DNA of 64,000 nucleotides. It comes from Amphiscolops sp. MND2022. Its lineage: Eukaryota. The notes under the pieces were generated by a model. That model had not been told where the DNA came from. It was given only the letters and a program-made list of their open reading frames with translations, and ran no database searches. This document shows, one piece after another, positions 1-12,900 of the stretch. Position numbers and translations under genes: made by a program. The DNA lies in the NCBI GenBank assembly GCA_964187785.1, contig OZ076419.1, positions 54,002,001 to 54,066,000 on the forward strand, in the 5' to 3' direction. The stretch's first letter is position 1. Each line of letters starts with the position of its first letter.

Positions 1-1672
1 GTTTTATGTTTAGCTGATCTACTAGGCATCGAAGTAGTTACTGACCTAAGAAGAGGAAACCAGTGTGCAGTGTGAATACTTGCCTGTCTTGCAAAGAGGA
101 CGAAACGCGCAAACTTTGTTTTAATCAATAGCAGAGCAGAACCGTTCTCAGAGGCAAAGACAAAAGGCCGTTTATGGCTTGAATCGTAGCTCAAGTGGTA
201 ACGCTAAAACAAGTATTAATCTTCTGAGAAGAAGGCTTTTGGTTCTTTTGACTTTTTGCCCTACGGGTTGAGTATTATCCAAACGAATAACGTCTAACTG
301 GAATCACAGGCCATTGCGACCGAAAACTGGCACCCATTGATGCGAAAACTAACAATGGTTGCCAAAATGGCAACAAGCTCTAACGCTCAAAAACGACAGT
401 CTCATCGACTCAAACAATGGCGTTCAAGTTCCAGATCAGGCCGAACAACCTCCAAAAAGCTTGACTCAAAAAGTTTTCCGCCCTGACTTCGAAAACGTGA
501 ACCAACGTCGATACGACAGTAAGCTGGAAGCTGCAATTGTTAAAGACGGAAAATTCCAACAGGACACGAATGGAAACGGACACATAGACACTTGGCAGCA
601 ACGGATACATAGGGAATGTGTTGAAACATTCAAAATTGTCCATTAAAACAGACCAGACCCAAGTGACTACACTAATGGCTTTGAAACTCACTTTACACGA
701 CTCCAAATAATCCAAGATATACCCCTTACATTATCCCCAAATATGATCAAAATCAAAAAATATTGGGAAACGTGTCTTCGCGTCTAATGAAATTTCCGAA
801 TCAAATGTGACGAATATCGCCTTCAGACGACGAAAATGAATGTGAATTAGTCGACACTAAAATGTTCAAAGCCTTCATTGGGCCATAGCTCATCTCATAG
901 CCAATCTCATAGCCAAACTCATAATTGAGATCAATCGAACAGCTGAAATTTGAAGAGGTGCATACAAGTAAGGACATGAATGCCACACCCGTCCTACTAG
1001 ACGAAATTGCTTTCATCAGAGTCCTGGTAACCAAATTAGGAGAACCAGCATTGTGGTGATCTCCCTCTCCCTCACAAACCTGGGACTCAAGTAAAAAGAC
1101 GTGTGCTGTATCCTTCGACGGACTGTGGGGACCATTGGCAGCCACTGGTTCTTATAAAAGGAGGTCCTGCTTCAAAGTTTTTCAAACAAGGGTCTCCAAA
1201 GGGCAATTAGTATCCCCAAATGCACTGTCCAATCGAAGATCTTTGTAGGAGTTAGAATTCCATGGAATCTTCTTGGCAATGGAGAAAATATCTGGACCTA
1301 ATTTCGAACTGATGTTCCGACAACGCAACCACACAGTTTTGGACACGCCTCAATGCATCCTCACCTTTCCGTAATTCTCAGTGCATTTAAAGTCGACTGA
1401 TCAGAAACACTCTAAAGTGATGGAACCCATTCAAAACCTTTACGATGATACACTTCCACCTAAAGACCGAGTAGTCGTTATGATACAATGCCAAATCTAA
1501 TCTGCTAACACGGCCACGGGGTTTTACAATTAAGCGACATACTCGATGAAGAAGGGAAAATAACATTTTGTACCAAAACTGTATCATTTTCCGAAGCGAC
1601 GGAAAACATTCCTATTAACACCTTCAGATCGCAGAATACCTTAGGCAAGATCCAATAACACAAGAAACATGT

Positions 1673-2330
1673 GTGCCAATCTTCTCAGCAATCGCACCCA
1701 AGCGCAAAAAGAAAATGTTGTTTGCACCCATGGATTCCCAGAACCTCACATTAGTTGCACTGATCGACTCAGGTGCATTAGTAAGCTGCATATCCGAAGC
1801 CGATTACAGGAAGATCCACAAGATGTCCCCTAAAGACATCGTTAAAGAAATGGAGCCACCACCCTTCTAACTCCAAGTCGCAAATGGCGACATCGAAGCT
1901 CCAATAAAAACAATACTCCTCCAGTTTGAAATCGGGGATTGGAATTTTAAGGAGACGTTTAATGTCGCTCATCGGCCTCACATTCCTGAAAAACAACAGC
2001 GCTATACTAGATGTGAGTCACGGACTCTTACATTTCCCTCATCTCACGTACTCAATCGCCACGGATGAGAACACCAGAAACCGACAACTGTACAGAGTCC
2101 ATACCAAAACTCCCATCACCATACCTCCAGAAACAACCCAGACGATCACCGTCTATACAGAGATATCATCAAATATCGACACAACATTAATTCAGCCATC
2201 AACCACTGCAGCGGAAACACACTGGCTGTAGCTAGCTCCATTTCCACAAACTGGACATTCGGGTAACTAACACTGCCCACACCCCGTACACAATCAAGAA
2301 AAATACCACTGTAGCGGACTTTAAGATCAT
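1673..2330 (+). pseudogene. pol: Retroviral-type aspartic protease plus downstream beta-rich linker (element 1), with stops and frameshifts
   Basis: LIDSGALVSCIS active-site motif in ORF 1673-1870. The frame continues past a TAA as LQVANGDIEAPIKTILLQFEIG. Confidence 0.85.
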
Positions 2331-2693
2331 GCCATCCGAAGAAGCGAAAAAATTGAAACCACTAAACACAGCAGCACTCAAAGATGACTCAGACAGCAGC
2401 ACAGATGATGACCGCACCACAGAGGATGACTCAGAGGACGCCATCACATTTATAAACGAACTCCTCAAAACTTCAGACAGCCCGTCCTCAAACCAAAATT
2501 TCTGGTTCCCTACACCAGATCACCCCGGGGACCTAACCACCCATACCCCCATCCAAATCCGAATACTACGGGAAATCCAGGAATTGGAAGAAATCCAAAA
2601 ACTGGACCCCACTGTTAGCCTCGAGGACCGAGAAACATTCCTGAGACAGTTCAACTGGAATGATTCTCAACCCACACCCGAGCAAAATGGACA

Positions 2694-3583
2694 TTGAGCA
2701 AATCCTCGTCGAATTCAATGACATTTTTGCCAGACACAGGCTGGACATTGGCATCAATCACGAATTTAAGACAAATTAACCCCGAAGACAGAGGAACCAG
2801 TCTTTTCTCAGAGCCTGCCCTGTACCATCAACCTAAAAGTGGACCTGACGGTCGAACTAGCGTTGATGGATTACTTCGAGATTATAACAACCCTCCCGTT
2901 TAGCAAGCATGCCGGCCCAATCTTTGCTCAACGAAAGCCAAACGGCAGACTACGCCTGCTAGTAGACCTCAGAATGAACAATAACTTGATATCCGATGAT
3001 TACATCAACAAAAATGATCCCGTCTGTACACTAACGGACGCAGCACAACACCTCGCTGGCAAGAAGTTGTTTTGTAAGCTTGACTGCTCACAAGCTTATC
3101 ACGTACTGCAAATGGCAGACCAGAAGTCATTCCAACATTACCTCAGACTGGCCCAAGGACTGAGCTGCTCACTGTTATTGTTCTCCCGTTTAATGGGTCT
3201 CCAGGGAGTACCTGGACAAGGCCATAAAGGCGGACAAATGTGCACAGTATGTGGATGACATTGGGATAGCCACAATCACTCCCGAAGAGCTGAAAAACAA
3301 TTTGAGAGAGGTCTTCCAATGCGTCCGCTTAGCAGGACTCCAGCTCACAATGGCCAAATGCCAGTTCGGTTCCAAGAAAGTCGAATTCCTTGGACGAACG
3401 ATCTTTCCAGCAGGCGTGGCACCCCAGAGCCAGAAGATCGAAAAATACCTACAAACTCTCAAGTTTCCACGAACAAAAAAAGGGCTTCAAAGATACATCG
3501 GGTTTGTAAAATACTATCGAAATTACATCCCTCGATTGTCAGAGAAACTTGTTTTTTTTTCACGAGCTAATAAAGTCCGATAA
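2694..3583 (+). pseudogene. pol: Reverse transcriptase (element 1), frameshifted
   Basis: PIFAQRKPNGRLRLLVDLR, KLFCKLDCSQAYHVLQM, QYVDD (YVDD at 3248-3259), KCQFGSKKVEFLG, LQRYIGFVKYYRNYIP. Confidence 0.92.
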
Positions 3584-4095
3584 ACTAGCGAAAATTGACC
3601 AAGAGCCAATGAACAACTTCGAGGCCATGAACAAATCGTTCGACAATGCCTGTGGACTCTGGCTCAAACAGCTGCTGCCAAACAGGCAGTACGTACTGAT
3701 GACCGATGCCAATTTCAAGAACGCAGGTTACGCTCTAATGACCGAGGAGGACCAATAAGAAAAAATCACTTCCACCAAGAAGACGGATGCTCCAGTGGCC
3801 TTTGGCTCCAAACCTTTCTCTCCGTCACAATTGAAAATATCAATTTACGCCAAAGAACTTTTGCAATCTATTTTGCATTCATGGAGTACGTGGTGTTCCT
3901 CCAAGCCCACAATTGTCCTGGCAGACAACAAATCAGTCACCAAGTTTTTTGAAACCAAGATGATCCCACCTTCCTATTGGAACGCCTGTAACTTCGTCTT
4001 ACAATTTCATTTTAAAATCGCCCATGTCCCAGGTTGAATGAACACAGCGGTTGATTTCCTCTCTCGCCTGGACATCAACCCAAAAGACAAGGTTC
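3584..4095 (+). pseudogene. pol: RNase H (element 1), with stops and frameshifts
   Basis: VLMTDANFKNAGYAL, VAFGSK, LADNKS, FKIAHVPG*MNTAVDFLSRL. Confidence 0.88.
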
Positions 4096-4589
4096 TTCTC
4101 CCGAATTTTTCCCAACCACCAATGACTCCCCATTTGAAGTCAAACAACCCGAACCCAATGTCTCACACCCCGACCTAGGAAGAAAACAACTGCCGATATA
4201 TCCAGACCCCCAACCCCTGACCCAATGCAAGAACCCCAGGATATATTTGACGGCACAGACACCCGAGAAGATAGCCCAAACCCCAATACCCCACACCATC
4301 CTGAAGATGATATACAAACCCCTAATTAACCCCCCCTGAAAATCAAATTACAATCTTCAGCAGAACCCGACCTTAAACTGGAAGCCGGTTTTCGCATACT
4401 ACAATGCTCTAGAACCCAATTCAGCAAAATCGACAGATTCAAACATGAGCTCAGACAATGGCCCAGAAATACAAGTTTTGGCGGACCTCGGCCCAGACGG
4501 CGGCCCGAGATCAGAAAATTAACAATCTTGCCCCGAAGCACGCGGGGGTAAAGGGTCTACACAATTACAACCAAAGTTTCAGTCTTACT

Positions 4590-6623
4590 TCAGGTAACAC
4601 AGGCATACGGGCTATCGGCAGGAAGCATTATACGGAACTGCTTCCACAGGCGACGAAGCAACTTCTGGGAACCACCACTCCTTAACAGTTCAAACAGACA
4701 ACCAACTAGAGTCGTATGGGACACATTGAACGGGACGCCAACCAATGCATCCACCTCGCCCTCGAGAAAGATGTTCAATTTGCCCAGAAAGACTGGTGGG
4801 GTTTTCTCAATCTCAGCTCGTACTTCCAAAGACACTTCACCGACGGGGATGGCATCAAATTTTTCAGTGTAGATGTCCTCGTGATCAAACCGGTAACGCC
4901 GATCTTTTGCATAATGGCCTTTGCAATTACCTCGGGGCCCACGGGGCAGGATGGACACATCTTTCTGACATCTAGAGTAATTGAAACCATTAGGGCTTTT
5001 CTCGTTTCGCGGACTAACAAAAAGCTTCGGTGTTGGATGGTTGCTCATGGCTTCAGTTAGAACATGCCTCTCAGTCTGCTTCTTGGCACGCTCCTTGGCA
5101 CGAGCCAAAAACCACTCCTACCTGACTTCCATAGAGTCCACAACACGACCAGGATCATTAGCATCAATCCCTTTACGCTACAATATTAGCGACAGCTCCT
5201 CGAATTCTAGAAACAGAACACCTTCAATCAGTAACCCACCAATGAGGCAGAAGACAACAGAAAAACACATCACAAGACAAACAACAACAATCGACGAGAT
5301 AGCTGAGCAATCAACAATTCAAGATACCATCAACACCCACAAACAGAAGGCAAGGAAAATCTGGAGGAATACTCAAGTTTAGCCAAAGTCTTTGTCTCCG
5401 TCCGCTCAGCAGAGGCGGCTCTCCGGGCCAACATGACACACTGTGTGGCCGACATCATAACAGGAGTACCAGCGGGGACAGTTTCCAGGCCAGCTGTTAA
5501 AAAACAACATAAAGTATCACAAATCACCTTACAAACCACACAGAGCAGCCAACAACAAATAGACAAACAAAAACCCAATCAAACGATAGAGTACAAACAG
5601 AAGAAAGAAGAATATAGCAGGAGCTATACTTTTCTCCCAATCGTTGTAAACGACTGAGGGTTCCAACCCCACTGCTGCCCGTCCATGCTGAGTCCGAGAT
5701 TGCGGGATAACTCGTCAGGGAGTAAAGAAGCAGCGTCACTCTCCTGGACAGGCGTTTCAACAACAGCCACACACACAAATACATCACTATCAGTAGACGA
5801 CCCAGCTCCGGGCCCGGGCTCCAGATCAGCGACTTTAAAGCACGACATAGTCATACACAAAACGAAGTACCAGACCCTCACATACAAACTACTCCCGGAA
5901 AGTACATTATAGACAACAAGAAAGATGGAGGAATACCTACTTTCAAGAGTTCTAGAAGCAGAAATAGTCGGCGGTTCATAGTCCTCTCCAGAGCTGCCCA
6001 CCAATGTAGGAGGCTTCCGAATGACCCCCGCAACAAGATCAGCTAGCCGCACACGTTTAGCTGACCGGACACAGCTCGTTGAAAGCACCCAACTGGACCG
6101 GGAATTCTTTGTCTTCTTGTGCTGTGATTTTGACTTGATACTCGGACAATAATCCTCGTCCAGTACATCATCATCAGTAACTGTGAAAAATCAGACATAA
6201 AAAGAACGCGTTCGCACAAACCTAGAAAGGGCCGGCCACCCATTTAAATTTCTAGGAAAGTTTACCTTTCTTGCTTGCCAAATAATCTATGTCATGCCGA
6301 TCGTCGCTTGTGGCAGAGTGGTAAGACCCAGTCTCGGTACAGCTCTCAATATACGCTTCAATAACATCATCCTCGAGAACATCTTTCTCGCCAAATCCAC
6401 GTACTGTTGTCGCGACTACTGCATCCGAAACAACCTCTCCAGTTCCATCCCGACCACAAGTAACACTTGCCTCGTCACTCTCACCTCTGGCATCGCTGCC
6501 ACCTACTTTCTCCTCTCCAGGAATCACAGACTCCACCACAGATTCCACATCCACTTCACTATCCCTCACTCCTACTTCCTGACTCTGACGTAGTAAGGCA
6601 TTGTCTTCTTCAGTCGAACTCAT
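4590..6623 (-). pseudogene. Fragmented antisense accessory ORF of element 1, function unknown
   Basis: A chain of - strand ORFs (6252-6623, 6043-6243, 5624-6088, 5330-5578, 4590-5108) starts at an AAAAATG with an acidic N-terminus (MSSTEEDNALLRQSQEV...). It occupies the same position as the antisense ORF of element 2. Confidence 0.55.
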
Positions 6624-6820
6624 TTTTCAAACTTTTGAAAATAACAAACACAATAACGCAACGAAGAGGTGCGTAAAATCCAGAATTACTATTATGAAAA
6701 GTTATCTACTATTTAAGGAGAGTTGTTCAATCTGCCAGCTGAAGAACTCACAGCTTAACACAAACGGTGTGAATAAATTTTCTAAAAAGACATACGTCAG
6801 TTGTACTGCAAATTGACTAA

Positions 6821-7270
6821 TATTCAGCTGGCTATTGCAACTCAATAAAGAATACAATTAATAACGATCAAACCAACGAATATATATTTATTCTCGACCG
6901 TGATCAAACGCACAATACAGACCAAAGGCCTAGTACACCGACGCCGAAATATTTACTACTTCACCAGCAGCGAACGGCTATTACTTATGAAATTATCAAG
7001 ACGCAAGACCAAGACGTGGTCTCAGTTCATGAAGAACATCCTACCGACACTACAAACGCGGAGAACGAAAACAGAATCATAAGACGATTCACACAGGATA
7101 ATCCGGTAATTCCTGACGATACCTTCATAAGCCCAGTCAGGCAGTTCAACCAAGAAAACCCGTCCACCCCTGAAGATGGCTTCTACAGTCCTCCCATCAG
7201 CTTTTACAGCAGCTCGGAAGGATACTACTCCGGCAGCGATTGGGACACAGATTCCTCCTGGAGGTCATAA
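6821..7270 (+). pseudogene. Acidic S/D-rich ORF remnant just upstream of the element 1 LTR
   Basis: The frame of ORF 7016-7270 is open back to a stop at ~6818, giving ~150 codons. No ATG and no recognisable domain. Confidence 0.35.
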
Positions 7271-7483
7271 GATTCGATGAGCGACGATATACTATTGCTA
7301 TTCGAGACACCAATCCGCTCAATCTTCCAATTCCTTCTCCAAGAAGAGACATCGCAAAGAAGATGAGGACTGTCACAGCCCCAGCGGAGCTGTGAGAATT
7401 GCTACGAAACAAGCGGAGTCTACAGAGAAGGAAAATGGGAGTAAAATGAAAGAAAGAAACAAGTGGAACAATTGACATATAAC

Positions 7484-9233
7484 TGTTATGTGCTAATATA
7501 AAATTAATATGTTAAACTATCGGAGCTAAAATAACATATATTAATTATATACAATAATTACATACAATAATATATATTCTTATAGTGTACCAGCAAGCGG
7601 CCTGAGAAATTAATGGCAGAATTGCGGCCTGGCAGACGGCCTCAAATTCGTACAGCAAGGCCTCGGCCTGGCGTGAGGCTGAGATTGAAATACTCTGTAC
7701 GCTACTAATCAGCAGTAAATGCGGTACCATCGAATGTATATAAACTTGCTGAAGTGTTTCACTTACTATTTAAACGACACTATACATGTATTTGTGCTAA
7801 TGATTAAATAATACTGATGATTGTACAGTGATTACATACCGCGGCCTGGGACACGGCCTGGGATCGAAATACGTAAAAACCCCTTGAATAAATCGAAAAT
7901 GCTGATGCTAACGATGATTTCTTTTCCCGCATGATTTTTAAACCTGTCACCTATGACCATGAGTGATAACAGTTTGATTGGATTTAAAGTATACTATTAT
8001 TTTCCATGTAAATCGAATTAAATGTTAAGACAGCCCAGACCACGGCCTGGGACCAGGTTTTGTTGCTTTGTTAGAGACTGATGTTTATTAATACCACTTG
8101 AAGAATATTTTGAACCAATCACTATCTAATCGTGCAATATTAACCCAAACAACGTTTCCCGTGCAATTTCAACTCATGTGAACCTTAATTGCAGTTACGA
8201 TGATATTTCTGTTGTGCTAATCTACATGATTTTCCAAACATACTGAACCATGGCCTGGGACGAAGGTTTGCCTAGTTCTTCATTTTATCAACGTCATTAA
8301 CGATCCAAAGGCGAGATTATGAGCTCGCTTGCTAATTTGCTGATATTAACACTAGGTTGCGCAGTTTATTTGAAGTTGCTGAAATAAATTAAATTATTTT
8401 GTGAAAATTGAGTGTCATTGTCAAATTTTGTATTCATCAACTATAATTGATGAGTTAACCAAACGTTCATTGCCAAGTTCAGCTTTGGCGTCACGAAAAG
8501 GCGGGAATCGGAGGCGAAGGGAAGCGGGCGGCGAAGACAGGAAGTGGACGCTTGCCTTCCCCGGGAGGCACGAACAAACCTGAAGGTCCGAGTTCGACAA
8601 AGCTGAACGGGACTTTCGGTTTCCTTGCCTTGGAAGGACGCCGGGCTGAACGAAGCGTGAAAAGCGTGCCCATTTTACTCCGCTTTTGAGGGCGGAATGT
8701 ATATGTAGTAGAGAAATTTAAACTAATTTCAGTTGTTGTTGCTAAAATTCATATTTTGTGAAACTTTTGTCATTTCGCCTATGATATTCAACACAGAATA
8801 AAAATCTTCAATTTCTTTCTACTTAGTGAAAATCTTGAGATTAAAATCCTTCAAAAACTACAATATCCTAGTATTTGAAAATGCCAGAGAGATCTTCTAA
8901 GAAAAAAGCCAGGAGAGACTCCCTGACCAGTTCACTGGGTGAGCCAGAATCTTCGAGCCTAAGAAAGGAAAATATCCCTAGTATTTCTGATAGGGAGTTC
9001 TCTGAAATATCTGAGAAAATCAAAAAATCTATCTGCAGGAGAATAAATGATACTGAGACCGCACATAGAGAAATTCGCAAAATGATTGAAAACCTGTCCT
9101 CGAAGGTAGACTCTCTGTCAGGACAAACGTCTATTACCCTAGACCTAGATACGAACGAGAATTGCCCTGAAAGCCTAATATCCACTTCCAGACCGATTGA
9201 AGTAAATGAGTTGATCAGTAGAGAAGGTCAACA
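7484..9233 (+). repeat. 3' LTR of element 1 (start uncertain)
   Basis: Follows a purine-rich tract (GAAAGAAAGAAACAAGTGGAA) and reads TGTT...AACA. It contains a GC-rich promoter-like patch (8490-8700) and a gag-N-like ORF from ATG 8881, mirroring the architecture of the element 2 LTRs. The second LTR is not in the window. Confidence 0.6.
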
Positions 9234-9399
9234 CAACTATATTGAGTTCGACTGTTTTACACTCATGCATTTAACTGCTTTACACTTGTTTATCTATTTC
9301 ACACCACTCCGGCAGTTTTCCATCTTACGCTTTGAACTATGTGTATTTAGGGAAAGTACTCGTCTGTTGTTATACATCATACATATTATATTCACATAG
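8881..9399 (+). CDS. Open chimeric ORF: ~117 LTR-encoded gag-N-like codons reading out into flanking DNA
   Basis: MPERSSKKKARRDSLTSS...ELISREGQ, with the LTR end at 9233, then 55 further codons to the stop at 9399. Expression unknown. Confidence 0.35.
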   Translation: MPERSSKKKARRDSLTSSLGEPESSSLRKENIPSISDREFSEISEKIKKSICRRINDTETAHREIRKMIENLSSKVDSLSGQTSITLDLDTNENCPESLISTSRPIEVNELISREGQHNYIEFDCFTLMHLTALHLFIYFTPLRQFSILRFELCVFRESTRLLLYIIHIIFT

Positions 9400-9876
9400 T
9401 ATATTTTGCTTACGGATTACATATACACAGGACGTGTAACATTCGATCTGTATTACCATGTACTTTGTATTTAGGTGTTTCAAATGTTTGGTTACTGATA
9501 CCGTCACCTTATACTGTTCATAAATTCACATTGAATTGTACCTGATTGCAGCGCAATGTTTTCACTTTCCGTGTGCAAAATGGAGAATTGTCAAAGTGTA
9601 TAAGAGTAAAGAGTGTAAAGAATTCAGCTAAAAATATATCTCTCTTTCTTTTTGACTGTTAAGTAAACAAGCAAGATCTAGTCAGTTCGTTGCGCATATG
9701 CATCGTAATGGCGCCATCCGGTGACCAACCGCATAGTGCAACATCAAGATAGCAGCGTACGTACTAGAACTGGGATGATGCTAAGGTTGCTCAAACAGGA
9801 GATCATGGACTTACTACAACGGTAGACATCAGTTTTTGGTCCCAAAAGTGTCTCGTCTTTTACAAACGGCAAGGAG

Positions 9877-9952
9877 ACTCGTCATTTTAGAGGTCAGTGG
9901 TCCCACAAGTCTGTAAAAACTTGTGGGTCCACTGACCTCTAAAATGACGAGT
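9877..9952. repeat. Near-perfect palindrome: 34-bp stem with one T-T mismatch and an 8-nt loop
   Basis: ACTCGTCATTTTAGAGGTCAGTGGTCCCACAAGT - CTGTAAAA - ACTTGTGGGTCCACTGACCTCTAAAATGACGAGT. Confidence 0.95.
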
Positions 9953-9991
9953 AAAATTCCGACTCGGTGACCGCTGCTTCCATCTGCGATA

Positions 9992-12900
9992 TCACGAGCT
10001 CATCATGCAACGGGCTGGTGTTACCTGCCAAGAGAGGGGAATGAATTGTGGCCGGTCATTGAGGGGCGCTTTTTCAGTCATTTCCTCATTCATTTCCACA
10101 TTGGCAACTACCTGAACCTGAGAAGGGCGAGCTTGTCCCGACTCCGGGACTTGTATGGAAGAACTGCCATTGGAAGAAAGTTCCATTTGGTCCTTTGTAG
10201 GTCCCTCGATTCGAAAGGCCTCCAGGTTGTGGCTCGGGTAGACTGTCAGCAAAATGCTTTCGTCCGTACTGAGTGAAAGCTGTAAAGCTGTAAAATACAG
10301 GTTGCCTCGTTTTTTTTGCCTGGCTAGCAAGTCAAGGAATATCTCTTGCTAATGGACATTGCTTTGGTCTCGGGTGTTCGGACAATCAGCTGTATAGAAG
10401 CCTTTAGCTTTTGATAGTATTGTTGAAAAGTCTGGTACATTACCTCTGGTTCGGTCTCAGTTTTGCTGCAGCGTTGGTGTGGGGCTCAGTCCTTCCGCAT
10501 ATACATCCGTGTGGCATCGCATTAAGGGGATACTGTAGCTCGCTGGGCTTTAAGGTGTACTTTGTCTGGGCTTTTGGCTGTACTAAACGCTGTATTGCAG
10601 CAGTTGGGATCCCAGGATTGTGATGCGTGTCTTCCCAATTTGGGAAGTTTCTCGTTGCACCTATCCTAGGTTGTGTAGATCAAGTGGGTAGAGTTCTAAC
10701 GACATGGGGAGAGCGCACCGTGCTCGGGCTCTCATCACTGTTGTAAATTTGTTTTCCTTGTTTTTTGTCTTTAATGATGTGTAAGCCCTAGTGGTTTGAG
10801 GTAGGCAAACGTGTGTGTTAGGAAATGATAATTGAGAGCTTGTTGGGTGTCTTCCATGCTTACAAATCGCAGAGTTGACAGTGTTGGGTGCTAGCAGCAA
10901 CCCTCAAAGGTTGTGTTGGATTGCGTAACGCTATGACTGGACCAATTAGCGGCCAAACAATTTTAGCGATTGGAGGGATCAAGCATCAGGGGTTATCCAG
11001 TGGGTGCATTACTCGAGAAACAAGAACCCACCTCAACTAAATGCAGACCAGAATTGCTTCGATATTCATCTCGAACTGGGTTTGTCAAGGGTTCTCATGA
11101 AAGCGTGCACCCAGTTTCTTCGGTTCATGACAAATTTAATGAAGCTGAGCAGACAGGTGCTGGAGTTTTTCTGGACCATGTTTTGAATCAAGTGGGCTGG
11201 CGCTTGGTAGACTGAGTTCAGGCCTGCGGCTATCATAACATGTAAAAAGCCTATAGTTTTGTTTGATGATCGCCGAATTTATTTTTTTTCTTGGGCAGTC
11301 GTGGGAAGCCAAAAGTGGGAAATATGATAGAGAAAGATCGGAAACGGGATCTCAAATTGTTCTGTACTCGAACCTTGTTCCTCCATCACCTTGTACCGTG
11401 ATTGAAACGTTCGTTGGGGCGCATGCTAGTTCTCCTGTGCTACTTTTTGCGCGAACACCACTGGCAGTGCCAGCCTGAGGGAAACTGTACTCACCTGTGC
11501 GTCAACAGCTTGTGCTACAACGAGGGAAACTGTGCCATTGAATCGGTCCCGCATTATCGTATCTGTTTTCTTGAAGAGAGGTGCTATCAATTTGTGAAAC
11601 TTTGTCTCATGCGTTTTCTCATTTCGTGTCATCAATTAAGTTTGGGGTTCACGACTCTACTCCCCACGGGCAAATATTCTTTTTCGTTGAGATCATCATC
11701 ATTCAAATTTTTTCTTGAGACATTTTAAAGCTTTAATAAAAGCGTGTCGCCATGGTCTGAAATCACTGCACAGATTTGGATTATTCGTGTCTTCTGACAA
11801 CTCTGAAACTGAGGCATTGATCTCTTGACAATCTTCTGCTGTTTCATCAGGCTTCGATTCTTCTATTGAAGTCACTTCGAGATGGTACAATTTGTAAAAC
11901 CTCGGGTGATGTCACGTCCTTGTGTTCTTGCTCGAGCCGATCTTTCTTCTTCGTCATTTCCTTTGTACAGGTCTTCGATTCTTCCCATTTTTCATGTCGA
12001 GCGAGGTGTGTCACCGTAGACTAGTACTGTATCGCCTTCCGTGGCTGTCAATTGAGACCTCTTTCGTTCATTGCCTTCTTGGCTTTATCTAAGAGGTACA
12101 GTTTTTTAGGAGTATGATCCACCTAGTTTTTCCACCTAACAATTGCTACAAAAGGATTTGAATAGAAAAATTCTTTAATAGAGTAAGATCACAAACCCAT
12201 TTCTCTTGAACGACAACCTTTATCAGCCTTCTCATTTTATTTTATATTTGTTTTGAAACTCTATAATTTTCCATTGTACAAAGTTTCTCTTTTTTAAATC
12301 AAAATTCAACATAACGCAATCTTCTAATAATAAGAATTATTTTCTCATTGAGTGGGTTTATAAAATGGTCGATCACGTTATAATAGACGAGCAAGGATGG
12401 GAAGTTTCTGTGGCTGCTGGACCGAAGACCTTGTTGGTCAACTCGATCAGATTTCCAGTGATGAACATGGCGAGTTAGTACGGTCCTAGTTCTTTGATCG
12501 CCCTCTGCAGTCTGCAGCAACTGATCGGGCTGAGTCTCCTCTGGTGGAAATTCTTGTTGTTCATCTACTCGCACGTTTGTAGTCAACGTACACGTAAACT
12601 TGTTTTTCTGGAGATAGGTTGTTCGTAAAATAACTTGAGTTGATGGCAACTGCTGAACCATCGATGGTTCTACGTTCCCTGCGTGTAGCCTAAGAGGTAT
12701 CTCCTGATCCATGGGCGGCCTAGTAGGCTAACAGTTGGTCATCGAATGGGTGAGCTAGGTTGTGACCGCGCCCTATTCCGTTATGGATTTTTGCAGTGCC
12801 GCGGAACGAACCCAAACCACTGGAGATTGTAAAGACTAGATCCTGGTGTTTTGTTTTGACTGCTTTTGCGAAATGAACTTGACAATGCCCGCTACTAGCT

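Larger units (their letters stand above)
1..9233 (+). mobile_element. Ty3/Gypsy LTR retrotransposon remnant, element 1. The 5' LTR is not in the window and the 5' part is mosaic or decayed.
   Basis: PR-RT-RNaseH order on the + strand (1673-4090), an accessory region, then an LTR-like block ending ...GGTCAACA at 9233. Its pol is clearly paralogous to element 2 (IFSAIAPKRKKKMLF vs LMSAITLKKKKRMLF; NFWFPTP vs KFWFPTP). Confidence 0.85.

Noticed and set aside
187-198. TAGCTCAAGTGG resembling a Pol III A-box or tRNA 5' end
   Set aside because: No B-box or cloverleaf downstream.
889-924. ATCTCATAGCCA tandem (about 2.5 copies)
   Set aside because: Trivial slippage duplication.
359-1620. ORF 359-646 and neighbours as the gag of element 1
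   Set aside because: No zinc knuckle or capsid motif is recognisable, and 1440-1620 looks like a pol-linker fragment of another family. Left unassigned.
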